Shown piece by piece: positions 28,107-38,472 of a DNA stretch of 64,000 nucleotides. Origin of the DNA: Nitrospirota bacterium. Lineage in GTDB: Bacteria > Nitrospirota > UBA9217. A model generated the notes under the pieces. That model was not told the DNA's origin. It made no database searches and saw nothing but the letters and a program-made list of their open reading frames with translations. The stretch covers positions 320,001 to 384,000 of the forward strand of contig CAWIYV010000010.1 in NCBI GenBank assembly GCA_963840455.1. The letters are read 5' to 3'. Positions within the stretch are counted from its first letter, which is position 1. Each line of letters starts with the position of its first letter. Made by a program: the position numbers and the translations under genes.

Positions 28107-30584
28107 CTATGTCCGCGTCACCGGCTCCACCTTCCAGATCTTCTCCGCATACTCCTTGATGCTCCGGTCACTCGAGAACTTGCCCATGCCGGCAATGTTC
28201 AGGATGGCGCGGCGCGTCCACGCCTCCTGGTCGCGGTAGAGAGCGTCCACCTGATCCTGGGCTGCGATATACGATCCGTAGTCGGCCAGCAGCAGGAAGT
28301 GATCGCCCCCGCCGGTGAGACTGTCGAAGAGGGGACGGAACCGGTGCGGGTCGTCGGGCGAGAAGAAGCCCAATGCGATCATATCCAGCGTCTTCCGCAG
28401 CTCGTCATTCGAGTTGTAGTAGTGCCAGGGATCGTACCCCTCCTGCCGGATCTCGGCAACCCCGTCCGCGGTGAGACCGAAGATGAAGATGTTCTCCGGC
28501 CCGACCTCTTCCTGCATCTCGATGTTCGCGCCGTCGAGGGTGCCGATGGTGAGGGCGCCGTTCAGGGCGAACTTCATGTTGCCCGTGCCCGAGGCCTCGG
28601 TGCCGGCAGTCGAGATCTGCTCCGACAGGTCGCAGGCGGGGATGATCTTCTCGGCGTTCGAGACGTTGTAGTTCGGCAGGAACACGAGCTTCAACAGGCC
28701 GCCCACCGCGGGGTCGTGGTTCACCACATCGGCGACGCCGTGGATGAGCCTGATGATCAGCTTGGCCATGAAATAGCCAGGGGCGGCCTTGCCGCCGATG
28801 ATGACCGTGCGCGGGACGATGTCCTTCGCCCTGTCTTCGCGGATGCGGTTGTAGCGGGTGATCACGTGCAGGACGTTCAGGAGCTGTCGCTTGTACTCGT
28901 GGATGCGCTTGGCCTGGACGTCGAACAGCGAGTCCGGGTCCACCCGGGTCCGCGTCCGGGCCTCGATGCTCTCGGCCAGCCGCATCTTGTTCTCCCGCTT
29001 CACGGCGCGGAACTCCTGCCGGAATTCGGCGTCATCCGCCAGGGGCCTGAGGCTCGCGAGGCACGCGAGGTCCTTGAGCCAGCATTCACCGAGCCGCGAG
29101 CTAATGAGCTTTGACAGCCCGGGGTTCGCCTGGTGAAGCCAGCGCCGCGGGGTGATGCCGTTCGTCACGTTGATGATCTTGCCGGGGGTGAGCCGGTCGA
29201 AGTCGGCAAAGATCGTCTCCTTCATCAGCTCGGTATGGATGCGGGACACGCCGTTCACCGTGTGGCTGCCCACAATGGCAAGGTGCGCCATCCGTACGCT
29301 CCGTCCCGCATTCTCGTCGATCAGCGAGACCCGCTCAATGAGCCCGGCGTCTCCGGGGTAGCGGTGCCTGACGTCATCGAGGAACCGCTGGTTGATCTCA
29401 TAGATGATCTGGAGATGGCGCGGCAGGATCTCCCCGAACAGGCTGACGGGCCAGGTCTCGAGGGCCTCGGGCATGAGCGTGTGGTTGGTGTACGAGAACG
29501 TCCGGCGCGTGATGTCCCAGGCGCGGTCCCATTCGACGTGGTACACGTCCACGAGGATGCGCATGAGCTCGGGTATGGCGATGGAGGGATGGGTATCGTT
29601 CAGCTGAATGGCGACCTCGCCGGGCAGGTCATCGAGGTCCGCGTGGTACTTGGTAAACCGCCGCAGGATGTCCTGGAGCGTGGCGCAGACGAAGAAGTAC
29701 TGCTGCTTGAGCCGGAGCTCCCTTCCCATGATGGTCGTATCGTCGGGGTACAGGACCTTCGACAGGTTCTCTGATTCGTTCTTTTCCGCGACGGCCTGGA
29801 TGTAGTTGCCCTCGTTGAAGTACTTGAGATTGAAGTCGCGGGACGCCTTGGCCGACCAGAGCCGCATGTTGTTCACGGTGTCCGTTCCATAACCGGGCAC
29901 CGGGGTGTCAAAGGCCATGGCCATAACATCCTCGGTGTCCACCCAGTGGTGCCGGAGGCTGCCCTTTTCGTCCGTGTACTCAACGACGCGGCCGCAGAAC
30001 TTTACGGGGTACAGCACCTCGGGCCGGGGGAACTCCCACGGGTTCCCGTACCGAAGCCAGTTGTCGGGGTGCTCCACCTGGGCTCCCTTATCGATGCGCT
30101 GCGTGAACATGCCGTACTCGTACCGGATGCCGTAGCCGTAGCCGGGGAGGTTCAAGGTGGCCATGGAGTCGAGGAAGCAGGCGGCAAGCCTGCCGAGGCC
30201 GCCGTTCCCGAGCGCCGCGTCGCTCTCAAGCTCGCTGATCCGGTGGATGTCCAGGTCCAGGTCAGCAAGAGCGTCGCAGCAGGCGTCGTAGATCCCGAGG
30301 TTCAGCAGGCTGTTCGCGAGCAGCCTCCCGGTCAGGAACTCGAGGGAAAGGTAGTAGACCCGCTTGGCATCGGCCCGGTAGTAGCTCCGCATGGTCTCCA
30401 TCCAGCGCTCGATCAGCCGCTCGCGCACGGCCAGGGCCGTGGTGTGGAACCAGTCGCGGTGCGTAGCGGTGATGTGGTCCTTGCCCAGGGAGTAGATGAG
30501 GAGATTGACCAGGGACTTCTTGAGGGACTCCCTGTCCAGCCCGTGGTGATGATACCGGTATTCGCTCAGGTCCTGTGGCTTCAT
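28107..30584 (-). CDS. glgP: Glycogen/starch phosphorylase
   Basis: GNGGLGRLAACF, QLNDTHP, PLP-site EASGTGNMKF. Confidence 0.97.
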   Translation of the reverse strand: MKPQDLSEYRYHHHGLDRESLKKSLVNLLIYSLGKDHITATHRDWFHTTALAVRERLIERWMETMRSYYRADAKRVYYLSLEFLTGRLLANSLLNLGIYDACCDALADLDLDIHRISELESDAALGNGGLGRLAACFLDSMATLNLPGYGYGIRYEYGMFTQRIDKGAQVEHPDNWLRYGNPWEFPRPEVLYPVKFCGRVVEYTDEKGSLRHHWVDTEDVMAMAFDTPVPGYGTDTVNNMRLWSAKASRDFNLKYFNEGNYIQAVAEKNESENLSKVLYPDDTTIMGRELRLKQQYFFVCATLQDILRRFTKYHADLDDLPGEVAIQLNDTHPSIAIPELMRILVDVYHVEWDRAWDITRRTFSYTNHTLMPEALETWPVSLFGEILPRHLQIIYEINQRFLDDVRHRYPGDAGLIERVSLIDENAGRSVRMAHLAIVGSHTVNGVSRIHTELMKETIFADFDRLTPGKIINVTNGITPRRWLHQANPGLSKLISSRLGECWLKDLACLASLRPLADDAEFRQEFRAVKRENKMRLAESIEARTRTRVDPDSLFDVQAKRIHEYKRQLLNVLHVITRYNRIREDRAKDIVPRTVIIGGKAAPGYFMAKLIIRLIHGVADVVNHDPAVGGLLKLVFLPNYNVSNAEKIIPACDLSEQISTAGTEASGTGNMKFALNGALTIGTLDGANIEMQEEVGPENIFIFGLTADGVAEIRQEGYDPWHYYNSNDELRKTLDMIALGFFSPDDPHRFRPLFDSLTGGGDHFLLLADYGSYIAAQDQVDALYRDQEAWTRRAILNIAGMGKFSSDRSIKEYAEKIWKVEPVTRT

Positions 30585-30691
30585 GCGCTCCTCCTTGAGG
30601 AGTTGCAGGTCGTCGTGCAGACGCTACACCTGGATTATTTCATAAAGACCGCGGGTCCGCAAGGTGATAATCGAGAAAATCCGGGGTGATC

Positions 30692-31717
30692 TCAGATTGT
30701 GACGATGATCTTGCCAAAGATCTGGCGGGACAGGAGCTTCTCGTAGGCCTTGGATGCGTCCTCGAAAGCGAATACCGAGTCGATGACGGTCCTGAGCTTG
30801 CGAGGGAAGAGCGGCAGGTACTGGGGGACCGCTGCCTTGGGTCCCACGTACACGCCGTGGATGGCGAGATTCTTGCCGAACACCTGCCGGAGAGAGAGCT
30901 TCGCCTCGTCACCGCTGGTGGCGCCGAAGGTTATGACGCGGCCGCCGCGCTTCACCGCTGCGATCGAGCGGGTAAAGGTGTCTGCGCCCACATGATCAAC
31001 GGCGATATCTGCGAGCCTCCCGCCGGTGAATTGCTTCACGACTTCGATAAAGTCCTCTTTCCGGTGGTTGATGACAAGGTCCGCGCCGAGCGCCTTCGCC
31101 TTTTCGACCTTCCAGTCGTCGCCCACCGTCGTGATCACCGCCGCATTGAAGAGCTTTGCCACCTGGATGCATGCCGTGCCGGCGCCGCTTCCCGCCCCCT
31201 GCACCAGGACCGTGTCGCCCTGCCGGATGCCGGCGCGAAGGACCAGCGAGTTCCACGCCGTCGTATAAGTGACGCCGATACCGGCGGCCTCTTCGAAGGA
31301 GAGCCCCGCTGGCTTGGGGAAGAGGTTCCCTGACGGGACCTTGACGTACTCGGCAGACACGCCAGGCGTTACCACGCCGAGGACCGAGAACTCATTGCAT
31401 TCATTATCTCGGCCGCTGAGGCACGACCCGCAATGGCCGCAGGAGAGGCCCGGGTGCACGATGACCTCGTCACCTGGCTTAACGTGGGTCACCAGCCTGC
31501 CGACCTTCTCAACGACGCCGGATGCGTCGGACCCGAAGATATGCGGGAGCGGGATGGCCAACGGATACTTCCCCTCCATGACCCAGACATCGAGATGATT
31601 GAGCGAGAAGGCCCTTACCCGGACGAGAACCTCGGTGTCGTTGATCTCCGGCACGGGGAACTCGCCGATCTTGATGCTGTTGTGGCCTTTCTGTTCGTTA
31701 TAAAAGAGTGCTTTCAT
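30692..31717 (-). CDS. Zinc-binding (MDR) dehydrogenase / quinone oxidoreductase-like
   Basis: SLNHLD, structural Zn CGHCGSC-x7-C, VQGAGSGAG. Confidence 0.88.
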   Translation of the reverse strand: MKALFYNEQKGHNSIKIGEFPVPEINDTEVLVRVRAFSLNHLDVWVMEGKYPLAIPLPHIFGSDASGVVEKVGRLVTHVKPGDEVIVHPGLSCGHCGSCLSGRDNECNEFSVLGVVTPGVSAEYVKVPSGNLFPKPAGLSFEEAAGIGVTYTTAWNSLVLRAGIRQGDTVLVQGAGSGAGTACIQVAKLFNAAVITTVGDDWKVEKAKALGADLVINHRKEDFIEVVKQFTGGRLADIAVDHVGADTFTRSIAAVKRGGRVITFGATSGDEAKLSLRQVFGKNLAIHGVYVGPKAAVPQYLPLFPRKLRTVIDSVFAFEDASKAYEKLLSRQIFGKIIVTI

Positions 31718-31731
31718 GGCTGCCGCACCTC

Positions 31732-33426
31732 CTATACTTCCATGATGACCGGCAGGATCATGGGCCTGCGGTCCAGGCGCTTGTTGATGAACTTCTTGAG
31801 ACTGCTCCTCACGCGCGCGGAGACGAGCGACCAGTCGCCCTTGGCCTCGGGGATCATCACGAGGAGCGTGTCCATGACGACGTCCTTCACTTCGGCAAGG
31901 AGCTCCTGCGACGCGTCCTCGAACAGGAACCCCCGGGAAACGATGTCCGGGCCCGAGACCACCCTGCCCGTTGCCTGCTCGATGGCAAGGATCACGATGA
32001 CCACGCCGTCGTGGGCGAGCTTCATGCGGTCCCGGAGCACCACCGTGTCCACCCCTCCCGGCACTTTGCCGTCGATCAGGACCCGGCCGGCAGGTACGCG
32101 ACCGGCGCGCCGTGCCGTTCCGGCGGTGAACTCCATCACCTCGCCGTCCTCGAGGATGAAGATGTTCTCTTCGGGGATGTTGACCTTCCGTGCGAGCTGG
32201 GCATGGTACACGAGGTGGCGGTACTCGCCGTGCACCGGGATGAAATACTTCGGCCGAACGATGTTCAGCAGCAGCTTCAGCTCCTCCTTCGACGCATGGC
32301 CGGAGACGTGGACCTCCGAGACCTTCTCATAGAAGACCTCGGCGCCGCGCTTGAACAGGTGGTTGATGATCCGTGTGATGGCGCGCTCGTTCCCCGGGAT
32401 CATCTTGGACGACAGCACGATGGTGTCGCCTTTCCGGATCTGGAAGTGCTTGTGCTCGTTCGCCGCCATGAGGGTGAGCGCGCTCATGGGCTCGCCCTGG
32501 CTTCCGGTGGTGATGAGCACGACCTGGTCATCGGGCAGCTGCTTCAGCGCGTCGATCTTAAGCCATGTCTCGGGAGGCATCTTGAGGTACCCCAGGTCGA
32601 GCGCGATGAGCGCGTTGGCGATCATGCTCTTGCCGTTCAGGATCACCTTGCGGCCGTGCATCACGGCCACGTCGATGATCTGCTGGACCCGGTGGATGTT
32701 CGAGGCGAAGGTGGCTACAACGATCCTGCCCTTCGCCTTCTGGAAGATGTCCTCGAGCCCCCGGCGCACTTCCTTCTCCGAAAAGGTATAGCCGCCCTGG
32801 GAGGCGTTCGTGCTATCCGAGAGAAAGACGAGAGTGCCTTTATCCCCGTACTCGGTGAAGGTGCGGAGGTCCATGATCTCGTTGTCCACAGGCGTCGGGT
32901 CGATCTTGAAATCGCCGGTGTGCACCACCCTACCCGCGGGCGTGGTGACGCCGAGGCCCACGCCGTCTACGATGCTGTGGGTCACGCGGATGAACTCCAC
33001 CTGAAAGCAGCCGATCGTCACTATGTCGCGGGGCCTCGCCGGGATGAGTTCCACGGTCTCGTCGAGACCATGCTCCCTGAGCTTGTCCTTCACAAAACCG
33101 AGGGTGAGGCGGGTCCCGTAGACCGGAACATTGAGCTCGCGCAGCAGGAACGGGAGGCCGCCGATGTGGTCCTCGTGGGCGTGGGTGAGCACGATGGCGC
33201 GGACCTTCTGGCGATTCTCGAGGAGGTAGGTAAAGTCCGGGACCACGATGTCCACGCCGAGCATCTCGGGGTCGGGGAACATGAGCCCCGCGTCGATCAC
33301 GATGATGTCGTCGCCGCACTCGAGCGCCGTCGAGTTCATGCCGATCTCGCCGATGCCGCCGAGCGGGATGATCAACAGCGTAGGTTCGCCGGCAACCCCC
33401 CCGATGTCCGTGCCTGGTACGTTCAT
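31732..33426 (-). CDS. rnj: Ribonuclease J
   Basis: PLGGIGEIGMN, THAHEDHIG, HVSGH, PVHGE. Confidence 0.96.
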   Translation of the reverse strand: MNVPGTDIGGVAGEPTLLIIPLGGIGEIGMNSTALECGDDIIVIDAGLMFPDPEMLGVDIVVPDFTYLLENRQKVRAIVLTHAHEDHIGGLPFLLRELNVPVYGTRLTLGFVKDKLREHGLDETVELIPARPRDIVTIGCFQVEFIRVTHSIVDGVGLGVTTPAGRVVHTGDFKIDPTPVDNEIMDLRTFTEYGDKGTLVFLSDSTNASQGGYTFSEKEVRRGLEDIFQKAKGRIVVATFASNIHRVQQIIDVAVMHGRKVILNGKSMIANALIALDLGYLKMPPETWLKIDALKQLPDDQVVLITTGSQGEPMSALTLMAANEHKHFQIRKGDTIVLSSKMIPGNERAITRIINHLFKRGAEVFYEKVSEVHVSGHASKEELKLLLNIVRPKYFIPVHGEYRHLVYHAQLARKVNIPEENIFILEDGEVMEFTAGTARRAGRVPAGRVLIDGKVPGGVDTVVLRDRMKLAHDGVVIVILAIEQATGRVVSGPDIVSRGFLFEDASQELLAEVKDVVMDTLLVMIPEAKGDWSLVSARVRSSLKKFINKRLDRRPMILPVIMEV

Positions 33427-33488
33427 GTGGTTGATTGTTCCATTCTCCGTGGATTGACACCCGTCCTGTTTCTGCGAACCGGCATCTC

Positions 33489-33517
33489 ACTATAGTATGT
33501 TTTCATGGCATCGTCAA
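33489..33517 (-). promoter_or_regulatory. Sigma70-like promoter for rnj
   Basis: TTGACG-17 nt-TATAGT. Confidence 0.6.
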
Positions 33518-33574
33518 TCCAGGAGAGCGCGGGGTTGGAGACCGCTGTCCGGCCGCTTGAGGAGGGCGCTGCGA

Positions 33575-35107
33575 TCAGGTGATCCGCCGGTCCAGGCTCC
33601 TATATTGTATTGCCTCGGAGATGTGCTCCGCCGCGATCGGGCCGCTGCCCTCGATGTCGGCAATGGTGCGTGCCACCTTCAGCACGCGGTTGTAGGCCCG
33701 GGCCGAAAGGCCGAGTCGGTTCATGGCCGCCTCCATGAGCCGCTGGGAGCCTGCGTCGATCCTGCAATATTTCCGGATATGGCGGGGCTTCATGTGGGCG
33801 TTAGCAAAGATGCCGTCGCTCCGGAAGCGCTCCTGCTGGATCGAGCGGGCGCGGGTGACGCGTTCGCGGATGGACGAGGACGCTTCCGCGGGCGTATCGT
33901 CGGCGATCTCGCGGAACTTGATGGCCGGCACCTCGATGTGGATGTCGATGCGGTCCATGAGCGGTCCTGATACGCGTGAGCGGTACGTCTGGATCTGGTG
34001 AGGCGTGCAGAGGCACTGGTGCAGGGGATCGCCGCTGAACCCGCATTTGCAGGGGTTCATGGCGGCCACCAGCATGAGCGAAGCCGGATAGGTGAGCGAC
34101 GCGAGGGCGCGGGAGATAGTGACGTGGCCATCCTCGAGCGGCTGCCGCAGCGCCTCGAGTGCGTTGCGCTTGAACTCCGGCAGCTCATCGAGGAAGAGCA
34201 CGCCGTTGTGCGACAGGCTCACCTCGCCTGGCCGGGGGACCTGACCGCCGCCGATCAAGCCCGCGTCGGAAATAGTATGGTGCGGCGAGCGGAATGGCCG
34301 GGTGGCGATGAGCGGCTGTCCCTGCCTCAGGAAACCCATGATACTGTGGATCTTCGTGGTCTCGATGGATTCGTCGAAGCTCATCTGCGGCAGGACCGAC
34401 GGTATGCGCCGGGCAAGCATGGTCTTGCCTGAGCCGGGCGGGCCGATCATGATGATGTTGTGGCCGCCGGCAGCGGCAATCTCCATGGCGCGCTTGGCGT
34501 GTTCCTGCCCCCGGACCTCGGCGAAATCCTCCTGGTACACGGAGTTGGCCTCGAAGGCGCTCCGGACGTTGATGCGCAGGGGCTCGACTACGGCCTTCCC
34601 GGTCAGGAACTCCACGACCTGCGGCAGCGTCTGGACGCCGAAGACGCGCACCGGTTCGACGACAGCCGCCTCCTGGGCGTTGTCCGCAGGGATGATCATG
34701 CCGCGGCAGCCCTTCCTGCCCGCGAGCACGGCCAAGGAGAGCGCTCCCCGCACCGGCTTCACCCTGCCGTCCAGGGCCAGCTCGCCCACGATGAGGTATC
34801 CTTCCACCATCTCCTGGGTGATGACGCCTTCGGCGATCAGCATGCCGATGGCGATGGGCAGGTCGAATGCAGACCCTTCCTTCTTGATGTCCGCCGGCGC
34901 CAGGTTCACGATCACCTGCTTCAGGGGAAAATCGAATCCCGTGTTCTTGAGCGCCGCACGCACGCGCTCCTTGCTCTCCTTCACCGCCGCGTCCGGCAGG
35001 CCCACCGTGGAGAAGAACGGCAGCCCGCGGCTCGCGATGTCCACCTCGACCTCGACGGGATAGGCATCGATGCCCAGGACGGCAGAGCTCATGACCTTGG
35101 CAAGCAT
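33575..35107 (-). CDS. comM: YifB/ComM Mg-chelatase-like AAA+ ATPase
   Basis: [35 protein letters not shown]. Confidence 0.93.
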   Translation of the reverse strand: MLAKVMSSAVLGIDAYPVEVEVDIASRGLPFFSTVGLPDAAVKESKERVRAALKNTGFDFPLKQVIVNLAPADIKKEGSAFDLPIAIGMLIAEGVITQEMVEGYLIVGELALDGRVKPVRGALSLAVLAGRKGCRGMIIPADNAQEAAVVEPVRVFGVQTLPQVVEFLTGKAVVEPLRINVRSAFEANSVYQEDFAEVRGQEHAKRAMEIAAAGGHNIIMIGPPGSGKTMLARRIPSVLPQMSFDESIETTKIHSIMGFLRQGQPLIATRPFRSPHHTISDAGLIGGGQVPRPGEVSLSHNGVLFLDELPEFKRNALEALRQPLEDGHVTISRALASLTYPASLMLVAAMNPCKCGFSGDPLHQCLCTPHQIQTYRSRVSGPLMDRIDIHIEVPAIKFREIADDTPAEASSSIRERVTRARSIQQERFRSDGIFANAHMKPRHIRKYCRIDAGSQRLMEAAMNRLGLSARAYNRVLKVARTIADIEGSGPIAAEHISEAIQYRSLDRRIT

Positions 35108-35295
35108 GGGGCTCCTTATTCGATTGCGGAGTGCGGATCTCAGAATGCGGAATTGAGAATGATCGATCAGGGTGTCAACAGCACCCTGACCTTTCGTTCA
35201 GACACCTGACATCGAGAACGGTTTAGCGCTGAGGATAGCAGAGGGGTCGAAGGATTGTCAAATTGAACTTCTGCAATTAACCGCAACCAGGGACG

Positions 35296-36900
35296 CTACT
35301 GTTCGAAGCGGGTAACGAATGCGCCGATGAACTTCGTGTCGCGGACATAGTCGTTCATGAGGACCTCTTTCACCGCGCCGCCGCCAGGTTTGGAGGCGCT
35401 GTCCTTGGTGCCCGCGGCATGAATGAGGTATGCCTTGCCGTCCTTCACACGCACGAAGGAGAGGTGGGCAACGATCTCCTCCACCACCCGTTTCTTCGGG
35501 TCCTTGACCCAGAAGATGATGTCCCCGTCCTGCAGCTGCTTCTGGACCTTCCTGGAGGCCAGCACCGTCTTCGGCAGGATGATGACCTCGTCCCGGCCGC
35601 GGGAGCCCTTGACCGTCGTGGTGGTGCCGAGCTCATCGGTGATGTTCCGCCCCCACTTGCCGCTGAAGACCATGTCCTCGCCGTATTCGAATCGCTCGCC
35701 GTAGTTCTGCACCAGGCCGTCGGCGATCTTCCCCTCGGTGATGAAGCGGAGGGAAAGGGCCTGCTCGATCGCCTGGCCCGGCGTCTGGGACCGCGCAAGC
35801 TCCACGGAACGGAAGGTGAGGTACATGCAGTCGGCCTTCTCGTCTGCTACGATGCGGTTCGTGCGCACGTACAGGCCCAGGGGGTCGGTGTCGTATGACG
35901 TGCCGATGAACCGCGTCGCCCAGTACACGATCCGTTTGCCCAGCGGCAGCTCGGCCGCAAAGGTCTGGGCGATCATGATCTCGTCGGCCGCCATCTCGGA
36001 CGGGAGCTTCTTCTGGTCCGGGTCAGGCGTCATGACGCGGAGCCCGTGAAGAAGGGAATTGGCGAACCGGCGGTCATGGATCCCGCCCAGTTGGACGCTG
36101 CTCTTCCTGACGGCGTGCAGGAACTGTCCGTTGTACAGGTACAGCCCGAGCCCCTCCCCGGAGAAGACAAGAATGTCGCCGGGCAGAAGCTCCTTTTTCT
36201 GGACCTTCACGGCCTTTCCCTTGAGCGCGTCACGGTCGGTATCGAGGTCAATGCCGTGGATTCGATAGACCGTGTAGATGAGTCCGCTGGTGTCCATGCC
36301 CTGGACGGTGATCCCGCCTGCCAGATATTGAGCGCCCTGGAACTTCCGGGCGGTCTTCGCGATCTCAGCGGGTGTTACGCCACCGAGCACGGGATTGCGC
36401 GGCCGTACGGGTTCTGCATCTGCCGAAGCGATGACAGCGACCGTACGGTCCGGGAACAGTACTTTGTAGCCATCCGCGGTCCGCTCCTGCACCGGCAGCC
36501 GCGTCCCGGCATAGAGCGACACATTGTGGTTCCCAAGCTTGTCGAGGATCAAGGCGAAGGTCTTCGGGGCCGTGATGACGACCCACTGCCGGTCGGCCTT
36601 AAGGTACGATCTCCCTTTATCGCGGGGCACCTGCACTGCTTCCTGCTGGATCCATCCCTCGCGATCGCCCTGGCCCGGGATGGCGATGCGGTAACGGTAC
36701 TCCTGTTTTTCCAGGATGCGGACCTCGTCGCCGAGCAGGACCTGGGTCACGATATGCGCCTTGGGCAGGGGTTCTTCGCGCACGTTGGCAAGGGGCACGG
36801 AGATAAGGCCGAGGCTTCCATTCGCCGGCGGCTCCTGTGCCATGGCGGCACTGGTCAGCGTCGCGAGGGCAAACAGCATGATGATCAGTCGTTTCACCAT
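35296..36900 (-). CDS. Secreted SH3 + NlpC/P60-like + DUF1460 (AmiA-like) peptidoglycan hydrolase
   Basis: Signal peptide MVKRLIIMLFALATLTSAAMA; ANVREEP...TQVLLG (SH3-like); GMDTSGLI (NlpC-like); ADCMYL...AHLSFV...LIHAA (DUF1460-like). The ORF-track extension into the tRNA was rejected. Confidence 0.75.
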   Translation of the reverse strand: MVKRLIIMLFALATLTSAAMAQEPPANGSLGLISVPLANVREEPLPKAHIVTQVLLGDEVRILEKQEYRYRIAIPGQGDREGWIQQEAVQVPRDKGRSYLKADRQWVVITAPKTFALILDKLGNHNVSLYAGTRLPVQERTADGYKVLFPDRTVAVIASADAEPVRPRNPVLGGVTPAEIAKTARKFQGAQYLAGGITVQGMDTSGLIYTVYRIHGIDLDTDRDALKGKAVKVQKKELLPGDILVFSGEGLGLYLYNGQFLHAVRKSSVQLGGIHDRRFANSLLHGLRVMTPDPDQKKLPSEMAADEIMIAQTFAAELPLGKRIVYWATRFIGTSYDTDPLGLYVRTNRIVADEKADCMYLTFRSVELARSQTPGQAIEQALSLRFITEGKIADGLVQNYGERFEYGEDMVFSGKWGRNITDELGTTTTVKGSRGRDEVIILPKTVLASRKVQKQLQDGDIIFWVKDPKKRVVEEIVAHLSFVRVKDGKAYLIHAAGTKDSASKPGGGAVKEVLMNDYVRDTKFIGAFVTRFEQ

Positions 36901-37020
36901 AGGGTGGCGAGCGAACTTCGCTTTCAGGACAACAGGATGGAGGAGCAAAAAAAATAAGTCAGGCACAGGTGCCTGACCGGTCTTTGCCGGAGGCGAGACG
37001 CCTCCCGGGAACGAAAAAAA

Positions 37021-37105
37021 TGGTGCCGAAGGGGGGACTCGAACCCCCATGGGTTGCCCCACACGCCCCTCAAACGTGCGTGTCTACCAATTCCACCACT
37101 TCGGC
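37021..37105 (-). tRNA. tRNA-Leu(GAG)
   Basis: GCCGAAG acceptor stem, D loop GGAATTGGTAGAC, anticodon loop TT-GAG-GG, long variable arm, GGTTCGAGTCC, CCA end. Confidence 0.96.
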
Positions 37106-37187
37106 ACTTGTGAAAACTCTGGGAACGCCTGCGAACACGTCAGTCCTGTCGCGACGCCGGACAGTGCCACTTCACTGCGGGGGTGCG

Positions 37188-38108
37188 CTACTTCTTGACC
37201 GGCGCCAGCCACGCGTTGTGCTTCTTGTCCCTGCCGTGGACGATATCGAAGAACGCGGCCTGGATCTTCTGGGTAATGGGCCCCGGCTTGCCTGCGCCGA
37301 TCCTCCGGTTATCCACCTCGCGGATAGGCGTGATCTCCGCGGCCGTGCCGCTAAAGAACGCCTCATCGGCGATGTAGAGCTCGTCCCGTGTGAACCGCTC
37401 TTCTGCAAGCGGGATGTTGTGCTCCTCGGCAAGCTGCATGATGGTATCGCGGGTGATGCCTTCGAGAATCGCCGTGAGCGGCGGGGTCTTGAGCTTGCCA
37501 TGGCGCACCATGAAGATGTTCTCCCCGCTCCCTTCGGCCACATAGCCGTCGGTGTCGAGCAGGACAGCCTCGTCATACCCGTCCTTGAGCGCCTCGCGCT
37601 TTGCCAGCAGCGAATTCGCATAGTTTGCGACGGCCTTGGCGCGGACCATGGTGGCATTGATGTGCGGACGGGTGAACGACGAGATCTTGACACGGATGCC
37701 GTTCTTCATCCCCTCATCGCCCAGGTAGCTGCCCCAGGGCCAGACCGCAATGATCACGTTGACGGGGTTCTCCTTGGGAAAGACCCCCATGGCGCCGTAG
37801 CCGATGAACGCCAGCGGCCGGATGTAGCAAGCGTCGATCTTGTTCACCCGGATGGTCTCGAGGATGGCATCGAACACCTGTTCGCGGGTGAAAGGACAAT
37901 CCATCTGGAGAATGTGCATGGAGCCGAAGAGCCGGTCCACGTGCTCCTTCAGACGGAACACCGCCGAGCCTGAATCCGTCTTGTAGCAACGGATGCCCTC
38001 AAACACACCGGTGCCGTAGTGGAGCGTGTGAGCGAGGACATGGACCTTGGCATCGTTCCAGGGAACGAATTTTCCGTCCATCCATATTTTTTCTGTGGTT
38101 TGCAGCAT
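37188..38108 (-). CDS. ilvE: Branched-chain amino acid aminotransferase
   Basis: HTLHYGTGVFEGIR, AEGSGENIF, LEGITR, GTAAEITP. Confidence 0.96.
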   Translation of the reverse strand: MLQTTEKIWMDGKFVPWNDAKVHVLAHTLHYGTGVFEGIRCYKTDSGSAVFRLKEHVDRLFGSMHILQMDCPFTREQVFDAILETIRVNKIDACYIRPLAFIGYGAMGVFPKENPVNVIIAVWPWGSYLGDEGMKNGIRVKISSFTRPHINATMVRAKAVANYANSLLAKREALKDGYDEAVLLDTDGYVAEGSGENIFMVRHGKLKTPPLTAILEGITRDTIMQLAEEHNIPLAEERFTRDELYIADEAFFSGTAAEITPIREVDNRRIGAGKPGPITQKIQAAFFDIVHGRDKKHNAWLAPVKK

Positions 38109-38117
38109 AGAGGGTAT

Positions 38118-38146
38118 TTTATAACAGTCTGGCGAATGATTGTCAA
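38118..38146 (-). promoter_or_regulatory. Sigma70-like promoter immediately before ilvE
   Basis: TTGACA-17 nt-TATAAA with extended TG, 9 nt from the ATG. Confidence 0.65.
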
Positions 38147-38355
38147 CGGTTTTTTATCCGGATTTATCAGCGGTTTCCGGCCGTTGCGCGCTGGTACGCC
38201 CCGAGGAAAGGGCCGCGGGGTTCGGGATCGCCCGGCTTCGGGAGAAGCTCCTGCTCCTCCGGCTTCGTGATGGTAATGAGCGTATCGTTCATCCTCTTTC
38301 CGGATGTCATGTCCCTCCAGGGTGGGCCGATGAAGCCACTTCGACCTCGTCCTTC

Positions 38356-38472
38356 TTGAATCCAGGGGCGAGCGCATTCCGCGTTGCTTGCTGCGGGGTT
38401 AGCGAGCGATTTAGAACAACGTTACGTACCTAAGGATCGAAGCTCCCTGCAGCAAGCTGCAGGGAGCTTCAA
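38356..38472. repeat. Modular hairpin repeat, longest copy (A)
   Basis: TTGAATCCAGG...GAAGCTCCCTGCAGC-AA-GCTGCAGGGAGCTTCAA; perfect 15-bp stem at 38439-38470; TTGAA/TTCAA termini. Confidence 0.85.

Noticed and set aside
36901-37062. N-terminal extension of the NlpC/P60 ORF
   Set aside because: It overlaps tRNA-Leu; a proper signal peptide starts at 36900.
35296-37105. tRNA-Leu as an integration site for an island or prophage
   Set aside because: No integrase, no duplicated tRNA 3' end seen, and flanking genes have host-like composition.
38356-38472. Hairpin repeats as a CRISPR array
   Set aside because: Copies are dispersed over 25 kb, not regularly spaced, and no cas genes are present.
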